NCBI GenBank assembly: GCA_049472235.1
Contig: JBLIRI010000001.1
Location: 1-62,461, forward strand
Source: Thermoplasmatota archaeon
GTDB lineage: Archaea; Thermoplasmatota; Penumbrarchaeia; Penumbrarchaeales; Penumbrarchaeaceae
Direction of reading: 5' to 3'
DNA: 62,461 nucleotides
This document shows, piece by piece, positions 30,101 to 37,356 of this stretch (position 1 is the first letter of the stretch; each line of letters starts with the position of its first letter). The position numbers and the translations under genes are program-made. The notes under the pieces are model-generated. The model was given only the letters and a program-made list of their open reading frames with translations, did not search any database and was not told the origin of the DNA.

Positions 30101-30170
30101 TCATTGGTATCGCCGATGCAAGAAATGTCAGTATTATTGCAAGGGCTACCATTCTGGGACTTCGGAACAA
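24144..30170 (-). CDS. giant surface protein: at least 12 FG-GAP repeats, Ig-like modules, a PKD domain, a TM helix, then a cytoplasmic zinc ribbon and long acidic tail
   Basis: 2008 aa. Repeats of the form FG.S.A.GD(L/I)(N/D)GDG.DD(L/I).IGAP. PKD-like segment PPTAEFAIYP...LTYSWF...VSDG. TM helix WLPLLVIALLFGILIGGISVYFLI, then VCPYCGSDARLSDEYCMKCG, KKGRKKKKSK and roughly 150 aa rich in E/D. Confidence 0.85.
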   Translation of the reverse strand: MFRSPRMVALAIILTFLASAIPMITIGSDIVTDLPISMDLDSYTVLGRDDIFTVLGGEKDVPFGTSVASGDLDGDGRDDIAIGAPQSDLGAGGGAVMVFFAREPDELFTSVGHYDADLVITAGDADDWFGHSLHVMDLNNDGRDELLIGAPYADGPLDARRDSGEVYVIAGKQRIAFGTSMEIDRVSLFAHVYGRDVGDHLGIGIEAGDLNADGSIDMVIRTEGNGGIREPGVSQFTNECLGSWEIEIIEGNTAGIGTVDLSLTPPMVRYFGEAVSTVDIFATHIGNGLAVGDFNGDGTDDLSFTYRYRGRGYAVIQLGSLTYPGVPAGTDIQVHEGADFDADVQIDLYPGGWEEASLSYSNLDGKEGDDLVIGLPYATGYEVWRKKVGQADIFFGRSIPSDITLTRSDANVTTYGVDSSDNWGKLTIGADMDSDGYDELIITAPGGDGVDNLQPNCGEAYVFDLDGTVPGTMTFQDSVRAFKGRTTDSGAFSGMAVSEMVVDGMEEVIISSAFEEVDLGPSTGTGLVSVLSLKSSFDASFVGQFNASKFGSVMVVADFDQDGNDDLVVGDPLGGGPERVGYVTLFFGEPEGWSGRYFAAGDGDIYYNNAVETSEFGRSMTTGDLNNDGYPDFVVGAPLNQIDGLYNDAGSVSIYWGGSRTYMASAPNLTYEGYNVERIGSSVAVGDLNGDNIDDLAFGAPYDPGQETANRYHAGMVYIMFGPLSGSIIKSRNNYDVKIIGAEDNEFIGESLAISDIDDDGIDDLVIGAPKSKAGAITRQGVAYILEGRSTWNSNIDLTTEPSLRVFGPWPYDEVGSTLAAEDVDGDGKAELFLGSPSGDGFQRSKKEGGNVYILEGSFLASKLPSGLISLRSEYNVSICGDQESQRTGSAVDIGDIDGDGELDLLIGAKGYRDVSSGLVTGGIFVFPNSLFSSSLLINTTSLPIISGFMYNDEAGYAIAGDDVNGDGRYDMFIGAPGADPMGDGNSPGAVYYWEGKDLFYLPIRAMPLEISGGSAIAGPLQRSQDVLAPGEGPFMFKVNARSLAGYQDMEKLSVQIRSEGAAGSAELAFDTQTETFSLAATGDFENEIILDKAASWARTDSVQSWFVDFAVDVGWDLPDPTLIVTTADGYSGVHSNYLNSEFVVDREVGLDMSGMKVLDPSGSPVKGWLKADSEITLSNISLVHGLTGMTFGANASKIVVKLLRPDGIPIGSSSMNGSFLDPITTVPGSGIWGSGLSFRLSNGSLPRGAVWNGDQTFRLDVDSLPPPPVSSFNIFPDGLESGISNIDDDQVIEIFWTDVLDQGGSGISNYTLRVLDAGMELVSEMDNLLPGDLLFLPGGSYTLSFFAYDKAGNKGPLENRTMLLDVDGPRFTEARPGDGSWITEDTNSFSIRVKDTGAGLDLSTAMYRVYRADVRLLSDWMYVRSSINMGDSIVLNTSAPVGNGFGHYIQWKVSDLAGQISISLPYSFNMDTGIPTIDVGDQDGMMMGTGSFSIGCYMEDTGSGLLLDSIKYRIGSRDEIYTTSWTTVGLSGAGASASPLVEVLPAYRGWGFAQWTVSDVAGNTVESDLISIFIDDELPVFSSFSPDGSGIIQKRDVTVTAFIREEGSGIQISDVEYSLSTISGWVQYGVGGYSPWTTVDGLEDRGSGLFAGEVDLKLDEGPFNLIRFRVKDMAGNGFVVSTPLSLEVAVKEIDLPPTAEFAIYPATEVITQGDPIILDGSPSLDPEGMNLTYSWFSDLEKYPSGEGLGNGMILNVSLVRPGVHRIWLVVSDGKNIVESQRYLLTVEQDEGDDDDSGSDQGNMWDWFEEWLPLLVIALLFGILIGGISVYFLISRRDLETLPEPGQPLVEARYEPEFFVPVCPYCGSDARLSDEYCMKCGTVFSAKDKTDMEKAMKKGRKKKKSKEMLPRFEDEEDIYGDSEELDWDEEEEEEEEDEEEEEDYEEDEEEDEDGEGFGDELIPVEEEIEVIDEEEADLYDEEEIEDMELEDLDLEEGEEDEDEWGVGP
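24170..24420 (-). repeat. low-complexity (GAR)n coding tract (poly-Glu/Asp tail)
   Basis: A long pyrimidine-only run on the + strand encodes EEEEEEEDEEEEEDYEEDEEEDEDGE and similar sequence. Confidence 0.8.
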
Positions 30171-30351
30171 GTCTCTTCCTCCTCTTATGCTACGTAGGGA
30201 TCGGCTGACGGCCAGTACTAGAAGTACCCAAGGTACTTAACCCGATTTCAACCGTTACAGATTATAAAAAGATTGTGGGGCAGATGTGTATTGGCGCCCG
30301 GGGCCAGAGCCGGAACGCCGATAAAACTTATCTCATATCGAAGCACTGCCA

Positions 30352-30771
30352 ATGGAGAAGATGAAGGAACACACAAGCATGAAGAGGTCTGAAATGACCA
30401 CCAAGGACCTTGGTCTGAAGGTGATCGATGACAGGCACTGGCTCTACCGCAGGACCTGTCACGGCGATCCATCTAGAAGCTTCTGGTGGAGAGGGAGGCC
30501 CATGCCATTATGCTCGAGATGCACTGCATTCTATCCGATGGTCCCGCTGGGTCTTTTGATAGGTATTTTTCTGACATTCTTCTTCGACCCACCGTCCTGG
30601 CTCGCACTTCTGGTGTTCTCGATACTTGAGGGGCCTCTGGTCATAGACGGCCTTTCACAATATCAGGGGATGAGAAGTTCCAACAACCTCATCCGGGCGA
30701 TCACGGGTGCGATGGCAGGGGCCGGGATCGGGGGCGGGATCGCCTTCATGGCCGTCTGGATCGCGGGCTGA
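30352..30771 (+). CDS. DUF2085-like membrane protein
   Basis: 139 aa. CHGDPSRSFWWRGRPMPLCSRCTAFY is followed by hydrophobic helices. Confidence 0.65.
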   Translation: MEKMKEHTSMKRSEMTTKDLGLKVIDDRHWLYRRTCHGDPSRSFWWRGRPMPLCSRCTAFYPMVPLGLLIGIFLTFFFDPPSWLALLVFSILEGPLVIDGLSQYQGMRSSNNLIRAITGAMAGAGIGGGIAFMAVWIAG

Positions 30772-31184
30772 TCAGTAAAAGCTCTTGCATTTTGGGCAGA
30801 ACCAGGATTCGACCCTTTCCTTGTAGGACATGCTCGCCCCGCAAACAGGGCAGGATTCTCCCTTCTTTCCTTTCTTGTCCTGGTTCATGAACATGGAGTC
30901 ATATGACGGCTGTTTGTCCACGCCGGCCTGGTCCGGGCTGGTGAAATCGAACTCGTCATCACGGGCTGCGATATCCTGGCCGGTACCGCATTCCGGACAT
31001 CTCTTGGAACCCTTGGGGATCTTTGCCCTGCAGTTCCAGCACTTGACCTTCGGGACCTTCTTACCGGGCCTTGGCTCTATCTCCTCTTCTTCCTCTTCTT
31101 CTTCTTCCTCTTCATAGCGCCTGCTAGGCCGCTTGATCTTCTTCTTTCGGGGAGGCTCTTCTTCTCGATAGGCTGCCTTCTTAC

Positions 31185-31197
<13 letters not shown>
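30772..31197 (-). pseudogene. start-less coding segment with two zinc ribbons; -1-frame continuation of the upstream Lys/Glu-rich gene
   Basis: My own translation of the minus strand gives ...KKKIGKKAAYREEEPPRKKKIKRPSRRYEEEEEEEEEEEIEPRPGKKVPKVKCWNCRAKIPKGSKRCPECGTGQDIAARDDEFDFTSPDQAGVDKQPSYDSMFMNQDKKGKKGESCPVCGASMSYKERVESWFCPKCKSFY*. There is no in-frame ATG/GTG/TTG upstream of the first ribbon. This frame is open from 31413. Confidence 0.6.
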
Positions 31198-32108
<911 letters not shown>

Positions 32109-32160
32109 CACTTCCACCTCGGGGGATCGATACCATACATCATGAATAGAAAATAAAAAG

Positions 32161-32221
32161 GTTTCCCACTTTTATCGGTTTTTAATCGAGCTAAAAGGTC
32201 AAGACCAATAAAGTGGGAAAC
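32161..32221. promoter_or_regulatory. 12-bp perfect inverted repeat in the gap between the 1071-aa gene and the Lys/Glu-rich gene
   Basis: GTTTCCCACTTT (32161-32172) pairs with AAAGTGGGAAAC (32210-32221), separated by 37 nt of AT-rich spacer. Confidence 0.5.
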
Positions 32222-32233
32222 ATAGCATAACCT

Positions 32234-35200
32234 TCACGGTGCGTCATCCATTGTCGGAGGTTCCATATCCTCTTCCATTTCGGATCCCATGTCCTCATCC
32301 TCAAGTTCGAGATCCTTTTCGGGGGGCTCGATCCCGGACCCGACCATTGCCGAGGTCCCGACCGAGGGGGTGCCCGGTGAAAGGCCCTCTCCAAGGTCCT
32401 CATCCATGGACCCCTCGTCCACCTCGTCCCCGGGAAGGTCCATGCCGCATTCGGGGCAGTAGGTCATTTCCTCCTCGAGAGAGGCCTTGCAGAACGGGCA
32501 CTCCTTTTTATGAAGCTCCTCCATCTCGGACCAGGTAGGCTCCTCGGAGGCCTCTGTGGATGGTGGCAATCCCTCTTCCGCTTCCTCTTCCTTTTCCTTC
32601 TTCTTATTGAAATATACAAGAGCGGCGACCGCAGCCCCGATCATGACCACGGCGATGACAGCGATCAGGATGATCAGCCATAGCTGTGACCCATTCTCGG
32701 AAACCTCCGGGATGCTCTCGATATCGGTGGGATCCGAACCTTTCTCGTATTCCTCCAGGTTCGTATACCCGTCCCCATCGAGATCGCCCTGGGCATCGGA
32801 AGCCCATTTCGGATTCAATCCCCACTCCACCTCCTTTCCGTCTGGTATGCCGTCATCGTCCGTGTCCGGATTGTCGGGCTCGGTCCCTATCTGATATTCG
32901 ACGAGATTCGTAAGACCGTCCTTATCGTAATCCTCCGCCGCATCGGTGTTGTCGGAAGGCGAAAGGAAATCGTACTGCAATTCGTAAACATCCGGGATCC
33001 CGTCCCCGTCCGTGTCTATATCCTCTTCCGAAATTGTCCTGAAATGGATCACCAGGTCAGGGGCCTCATTCCCTCTCAGGTCCATGATGGAACCCAGGGT
33101 GAAGGTGTAATTGGTGCCTCCGAGCAGGGAATCCTCGGAATAGAATGAGATCGTCCGGTTATCCAGGTCCAGGTTCGATCTCAACTGGACCGCCGAGCCT
33201 CCCTGAGGAACGAGGGACGATGTCAGTGAATCCCATCTGACCAGCTCAGAGAACCTCACCGAAATGAGAGGGCCTAGCTCCACATTCACCTCCCCGTCCT
33301 CCGGATAATTCGATATTATGCCCGGAGGGGTGAGGTCCGGGATCGATACTACCAGTGTGTATTCCTGATAGTTCCAGTTGCCTGCTATATCAAAAACCTT
33401 GATGGTCAGGAGATAGGAGCCGATATCGAGGTCCTTCACGAAACGGGTGCCGTGCACCTCCTCGTACGTGTAATTGTTAGAGACCGTCCATAGTACATCA
33501 TCTATGTCGTTGTTGTCGGTGATGTTCAGGGTCAGATCGACAGCTTCCCCTTCATAGAACTGAAGCGTGTCCCCTTCATGACCCTCGAGGAACATCTCGG
33601 GAGGAGTGAGATCGATCCAGATATCGGAGGAATTGTACGGGCCGTCGTTCCCGGAAGGATCGATGGACCTGAACATGGCATGATGTTTACCCTCGCTGAG
33701 GTAGAAATAGTACTGGAACACACCGTCCGTTGTTGTCCATCTCGTGATCTTCCCATCGGGATCCACGAAATCCTTGCCGTCAAGTTTGATCTCTATAACG
33801 GTCCGGTTCTCGCCTGTGACGTTCACTTTGAAACCTACCAGTGAGGTGTTGAAATAGAGTGAACCTGGAATGTACTGTTCCGAATCCAGGGGGAAGAACT
33901 CAAGCCTGGGGGATACCGGAGGCGTTATGTCAAGGGTCGTGAAATGGACCGACGAGGAAGGTGGACCAATATTCGGGGTCTCCGCATCATCCACTGAGAC
34001 TATCCACGCGGTCAGATTGGTCTCGGAGGGCAGATCCGTGACCTTATCGGTGGCGACCATGTGGCTGTCGATGTATTTGGACATGTTCCAGTTTCCATAG
34101 GTCTCCTTGACATGTATCCAGAAGCCGATCACATCATCGCTCGGGCTCGGATTCCACTTGAACTGCGCCCAGTCCCCTCCGAAATCCTTCAGGGTGAAGT
34201 TCCTGGGAGGTTCGGGGGGCACGATGTCCAGGGTCTTTCCGATGACGAAGCTTGTATTCCCGAGCGAGTTCGCATAGAAATCCTCCGACAGGATGCTGAA
34301 TTCCCAAAGGGTGTCGTGGGTCAGGCTGTCTACCACCAGGCTTCTCAGTGAATCGTCCGCGTTGACATACCTCATCGCGGAGAGCGGCTCGTTGGTCCGT
34401 TTGTACATTATGTTGAACCACCTCAGATCGACGGGAGGGTTCGGAAGGTCCCAAAGGAGCTCGATCGTCGTACCGGTCCTGTTCCCTATCCTGAGGTTCT
34501 CGGGCATCGGTGGAGGGGTCTTGTCGACTAACCAAGTAAGGTTGAAGTTGTCCCCGACGAAGAGTCCGGGGTCTTTGATATCATATCTCCAGTAGGCGGC
34601 CTGCCCGCTGAGCTCCCACCTCATGGTTATCTCCACTCTCACCGAGGACGTCCCGCCGTTGTGCTTGTACTGGTTCACCGCTATCGGCGGCATATCGCCG
34701 TTATCATCCGTTTTCATATCCTTCATGACGGAATCGAACACGGTCCACTCCTCGAGTTCGTTGGGGTATTTCTCTCCGAAGATCTTCACCGTGGCACCGC
34801 TTATCCCGGAAAGGTCCAGGTCGCTTATCGCCTTGAAGAAGAACCACTTGCCCTCGTTGACCTCCGCACTTGTGGCGGCGGTGGCGTTCATGGGCGCATT
34901 GAAGGTGCAGTTCACGAGCCATGCGTAGGCGCCGGTCGAGCCCCTGAAACCTGCCGAATTTCCCATGATGGTCGAATTGTAGACGAAGGCCCTCGATCCC
35001 ATTCCCATCGCTTTGACACCCCCGGCTGAACCCGTCATGACCAGATGCTCGATGATCCCGTATCCGCCCCTCGTCACATTTATCCCGTCGAAATAGAAGG
35101 AAGAATGGGACTTGTCGAGAGCGATCGGGGAAGCCTTCGTTCCCCGTGCTACGAGCTTCCCCTCGACCCAAATGCCGACGGAGGGGGGGAGGAGGACGGT

Positions 35201-35449
35201 AACGCCCGGATCGATCGTCAGTGTAACCCCCGAAGGTACGGTAATATTATCTTCCAGCAGGACCGGGGAATCGGATACCGTCCATCTTGTATTCCCCGCA
35301 AGCGTCCCACCGGGCACTGTGATGCCTGCGGCCCTCTCCGGAAGGACCGTCGAGAAAAGGCCGAACAGCGATGACAGCAGGAACAGCATCGTGATGGTGG
35401 ATGTGATCATCTTTCGGGAACCCGCAGTGTTGTAATTCTCACGGCTCAT
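32234..35449 (-). CDS. surface protein: beta-helix, FN3/Ig-like (SbsA/Big_5-like) modules, TSP3-like Ca-binding repeats, a TM helix, then a cytoplasmic zinc ribbon and acidic tail
   Basis: 1071 aa with an N-terminal signal. Has a PbH1-like repeat region. Ca-binding repeats are DTDGDGIPD, DYDKDGLTN, DTDDDGIPD and DLDGDGYTN. TM helix LWLIILIAVIAVVMIGAAVAALVYF is followed by CPFCKASLEEEMTYCPECG and an E/D-rich tail. Confidence 0.85.
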   Translation of the reverse strand: MSRENYNTAGSRKMITSTITMLFLLSSLFGLFSTVLPERAAGITVPGGTLAGNTRWTVSDSPVLLEDNITVPSGVTLTIDPGVTVLLPPSVGIWVEGKLVARGTKASPIALDKSHSSFYFDGINVTRGGYGIIEHLVMTGSAGGVKAMGMGSRAFVYNSTIMGNSAGFRGSTGAYAWLVNCTFNAPMNATAATSAEVNEGKWFFFKAISDLDLSGISGATVKIFGEKYPNELEEWTVFDSVMKDMKTDDNGDMPPIAVNQYKHNGGTSSVRVEITMRWELSGQAAYWRYDIKDPGLFVGDNFNLTWLVDKTPPPMPENLRIGNRTGTTIELLWDLPNPPVDLRWFNIMYKRTNEPLSAMRYVNADDSLRSLVVDSLTHDTLWEFSILSEDFYANSLGNTSFVIGKTLDIVPPEPPRNFTLKDFGGDWAQFKWNPSPSDDVIGFWIHVKETYGNWNMSKYIDSHMVATDKVTDLPSETNLTAWIVSVDDAETPNIGPPSSSVHFTTLDITPPVSPRLEFFPLDSEQYIPGSLYFNTSLVGFKVNVTGENRTVIEIKLDGKDFVDPDGKITRWTTTDGVFQYYFYLSEGKHHAMFRSIDPSGNDGPYNSSDIWIDLTPPEMFLEGHEGDTLQFYEGEAVDLTLNITDNNDIDDVLWTVSNNYTYEEVHGTRFVKDLDIGSYLLTIKVFDIAGNWNYQEYTLVVSIPDLTPPGIISNYPEDGEVNVELGPLISVRFSELVRWDSLTSSLVPQGGSAVQLRSNLDLDNRTISFYSEDSLLGGTNYTFTLGSIMDLRGNEAPDLVIHFRTISEEDIDTDGDGIPDVYELQYDFLSPSDNTDAAEDYDKDGLTNLVEYQIGTEPDNPDTDDDGIPDGKEVEWGLNPKWASDAQGDLDGDGYTNLEEYEKGSDPTDIESIPEVSENGSQLWLIILIAVIAVVMIGAAVAALVYFNKKKEKEEEAEEGLPPSTEASEEPTWSEMEELHKKECPFCKASLEEEMTYCPECGMDLPGDEVDEGSMDEDLGEGLSPGTPSVGTSAMVGSGIEPPEKDLELEDEDMGSEMEEDMEPPTMDDAP

Positions 35450-35544
35450 CGGGACACCTCTCCAGTAAATTCACTCCATATGTGGGTGGACAGTAAGGGG
35501 GGAAAGCGGTAATAAATCTTTACCGTGCAGGATCGCAGGGTTGC

Positions 35545-35745
35545 TCAGGGAATGCTCCAGACCCAGCCCTTCCTGGCAGGGTCCATCCTTCCCCTGATAG
35601 AACCCTTTGACTTCAGTCTCATCAAGGTGCGGACGGCACCGTCCGGACAATCCTCCCCTCTCCTGTTGAACTCCTGCTCAAGCTCGGAAGTGGTCATCTC
35701 TCCCTTCTCCCTGAGTATGGCCAGTATCTTCTCATCTTCCGTCAT
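35545..35745 (-). CDS. small winged-helix-like protein
   Basis: 66 aa. A strong GGAGGTGGAGAC sits directly before the ATG, 18 nt after the transporter stop. ILAILREKGEMTTSELEQEF is HTH-like. Confidence 0.55.
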   Translation of the reverse strand: MTEDEKILAILREKGEMTTSELEQEFNRRGEDCPDGAVRTLMRLKSKGSIRGRMDPARKGWVWSIP

Positions 35746-35762
35746 GTCTCCACCTCCACTTT

Positions 35763-37307
35763 TCAGGAAACCTCCGGTTCTATCACGTCCACCACCTGGA
35801 CCGCCTCCGCCGGTGGCCCTTCGTAAAGATCGATATCGTCATCGATGGACCGGTCGATGTCCATCTCCCTGTCTATCATCCTGGGACCGACCCGATTGCT
35901 GATGAATATGAGGCCTGCCATTGCCAATCCCCACTGCAGGAGCAATATTCCCAGACCGATCGCGCCTCCCATCCACCATTCCTCCGAAGGCGCAGTAAGT
36001 GTCTGTATCAGGAACCAGCCGGACATCCCCACTAGTTCGATGGGGATGATGAACCTGAACAGTATATCGAACCACCTTCCTACCTTTATGTCGTCATATC
36101 TGCTGTTAACAATGTTCTTGCGGAACCTGGTGATGCCGTATTTGAACACAAGATAGTAGATGAAGGCACCCGATACGATCAGACCGAGGCCCCAGACGAA
36201 GTCCTGGTTGTCGAGGAACACAGGCAGCGGAGTTCCGCTGACGGGCAGGATGATAAGGGCCGAAGGCAGACCCAGTACAAGCATGCCGGCGGTCAGGACC
36301 CTTATGGCCTTCTTTCGATCCCAGCCTGCGTCGACGAAGTTCTTGACGGCATTCTCGTAGGTGGAGATCATGGAGGTCAGGGCCGCAAAGGCCATTGCCA
36401 GGAAGAACATCACGGCGATTATCGGCCCACCGGCCATCTCACCGAACAGGCTGGGAAGGTAGATGAACGTCAGACCGGATCCGCCTTCCTCAACGGCGGC
36501 CTCGGCAAAGGCAGGCGAAGCGCTCACGCCGAAGACCGTTGCGAAGATCATGATACCAGCAACAAGTGCGATGGTGGTGTCCCCGAGACCGGTAAGAAAG
36601 GTGTTCAGGTTGGTATCGTCCTTCCGACGGGTATATGCACCGTAGGTGATCGCCATTCCCATCCCCGCACTGCAGGACCATGCGGACTGCGCCAGGGCGG
36701 ATATCCATGTCTTGGCATTGAAAAGGGACTCCGTATGGGGAGTGAACAGGTAGGCAAGGCCGTTGAGCGCCCCCGGAAGGAAAAGGGCCCTGACCATCGC
36801 GACCACCAGAAGGACGAACAGGGCCGGAATGAGTATCTTGTTCACCCTTTCCACACCCTTCTCCACCCCGCGGTACACTATGACTGCCGTTATAAATATG
36901 GCCAGGACCTGGAAGAAGACCACGAGGAGCGGAGACTCCAGGAATCCTTCCCATGAGGCCCTTGCACCCTGGGCGCTGCTGAACGAGATAGAGCCAGTTA
37001 TGGACCCGAAGGCATACCTCAATGTCCACCCCATCACGACCGCGTAGTAGAACCCGATCGCCGTGGATATCCACGCGAGCCAGGCTCCCATCCACGCTTT
37101 CTTTGGCCCCAGGAACTGGGCGAACGTCCCCATTGTCCCCAACCTTGTCTTCTTACCAATGTTGAATTCCACGAGGAGGATCGGGATCGACCAGAAGAAG
37201 AGAAAGATCACATACGGGATCATGAAGGAGCCCCCGCCGTTGTTGGCGACCTCCTTTGGGAACCTCCAGATGTTCCCGGTCCCGATGGCGGCGCCCAGGG
37301 CAGCCAT
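35763..37307 (-). CDS. sodium:neurotransmitter symporter (SNF) family transporter
   Basis: 514 aa from the ATG. Has GTGNIWRFP and NGGGSFMIPY motifs and about 11-12 helices. Conserved N-terminal sequence appears to continue upstream of the ATG (see findings). Confidence 0.88.
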   Translation of the reverse strand: MAALGAAIGTGNIWRFPKEVANNGGGSFMIPYVIFLFFWSIPILLVEFNIGKKTRLGTMGTFAQFLGPKKAWMGAWLAWISTAIGFYYAVVMGWTLRYAFGSITGSISFSSAQGARASWEGFLESPLLVVFFQVLAIFITAVIVYRGVEKGVERVNKILIPALFVLLVVAMVRALFLPGALNGLAYLFTPHTESLFNAKTWISALAQSAWSCSAGMGMAITYGAYTRRKDDTNLNTFLTGLGDTTIALVAGIMIFATVFGVSASPAFAEAAVEEGGSGLTFIYLPSLFGEMAGGPIIAVMFFLAMAFAALTSMISTYENAVKNFVDAGWDRKKAIRVLTAGMLVLGLPSALIILPVSGTPLPVFLDNQDFVWGLGLIVSGAFIYYLVFKYGITRFRKNIVNSRYDDIKVGRWFDILFRFIIPIELVGMSGWFLIQTLTAPSEEWWMGGAIGLGILLLQWGLAMAGLIFISNRVGPRMIDREMDIDRSIDDDIDLYEGPPAEAVQVVDVIEPEVS

Positions 37308-37356
37308 CAGCAGACCCCAGCGGTTGGTGAACAGACCTCCCCCCTTGGAAGCCAGC

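Noticed and set aside
30830-31117. Plus-strand ORF of 95 aa ending in a poly-Ser run.
   Set aside because: It is the antisense reading of the zinc-ribbon/poly-Glu coding segment. The minus-strand frame gives clean CxxC...CxxC ribbons, whereas this one gives low-complexity sequence.
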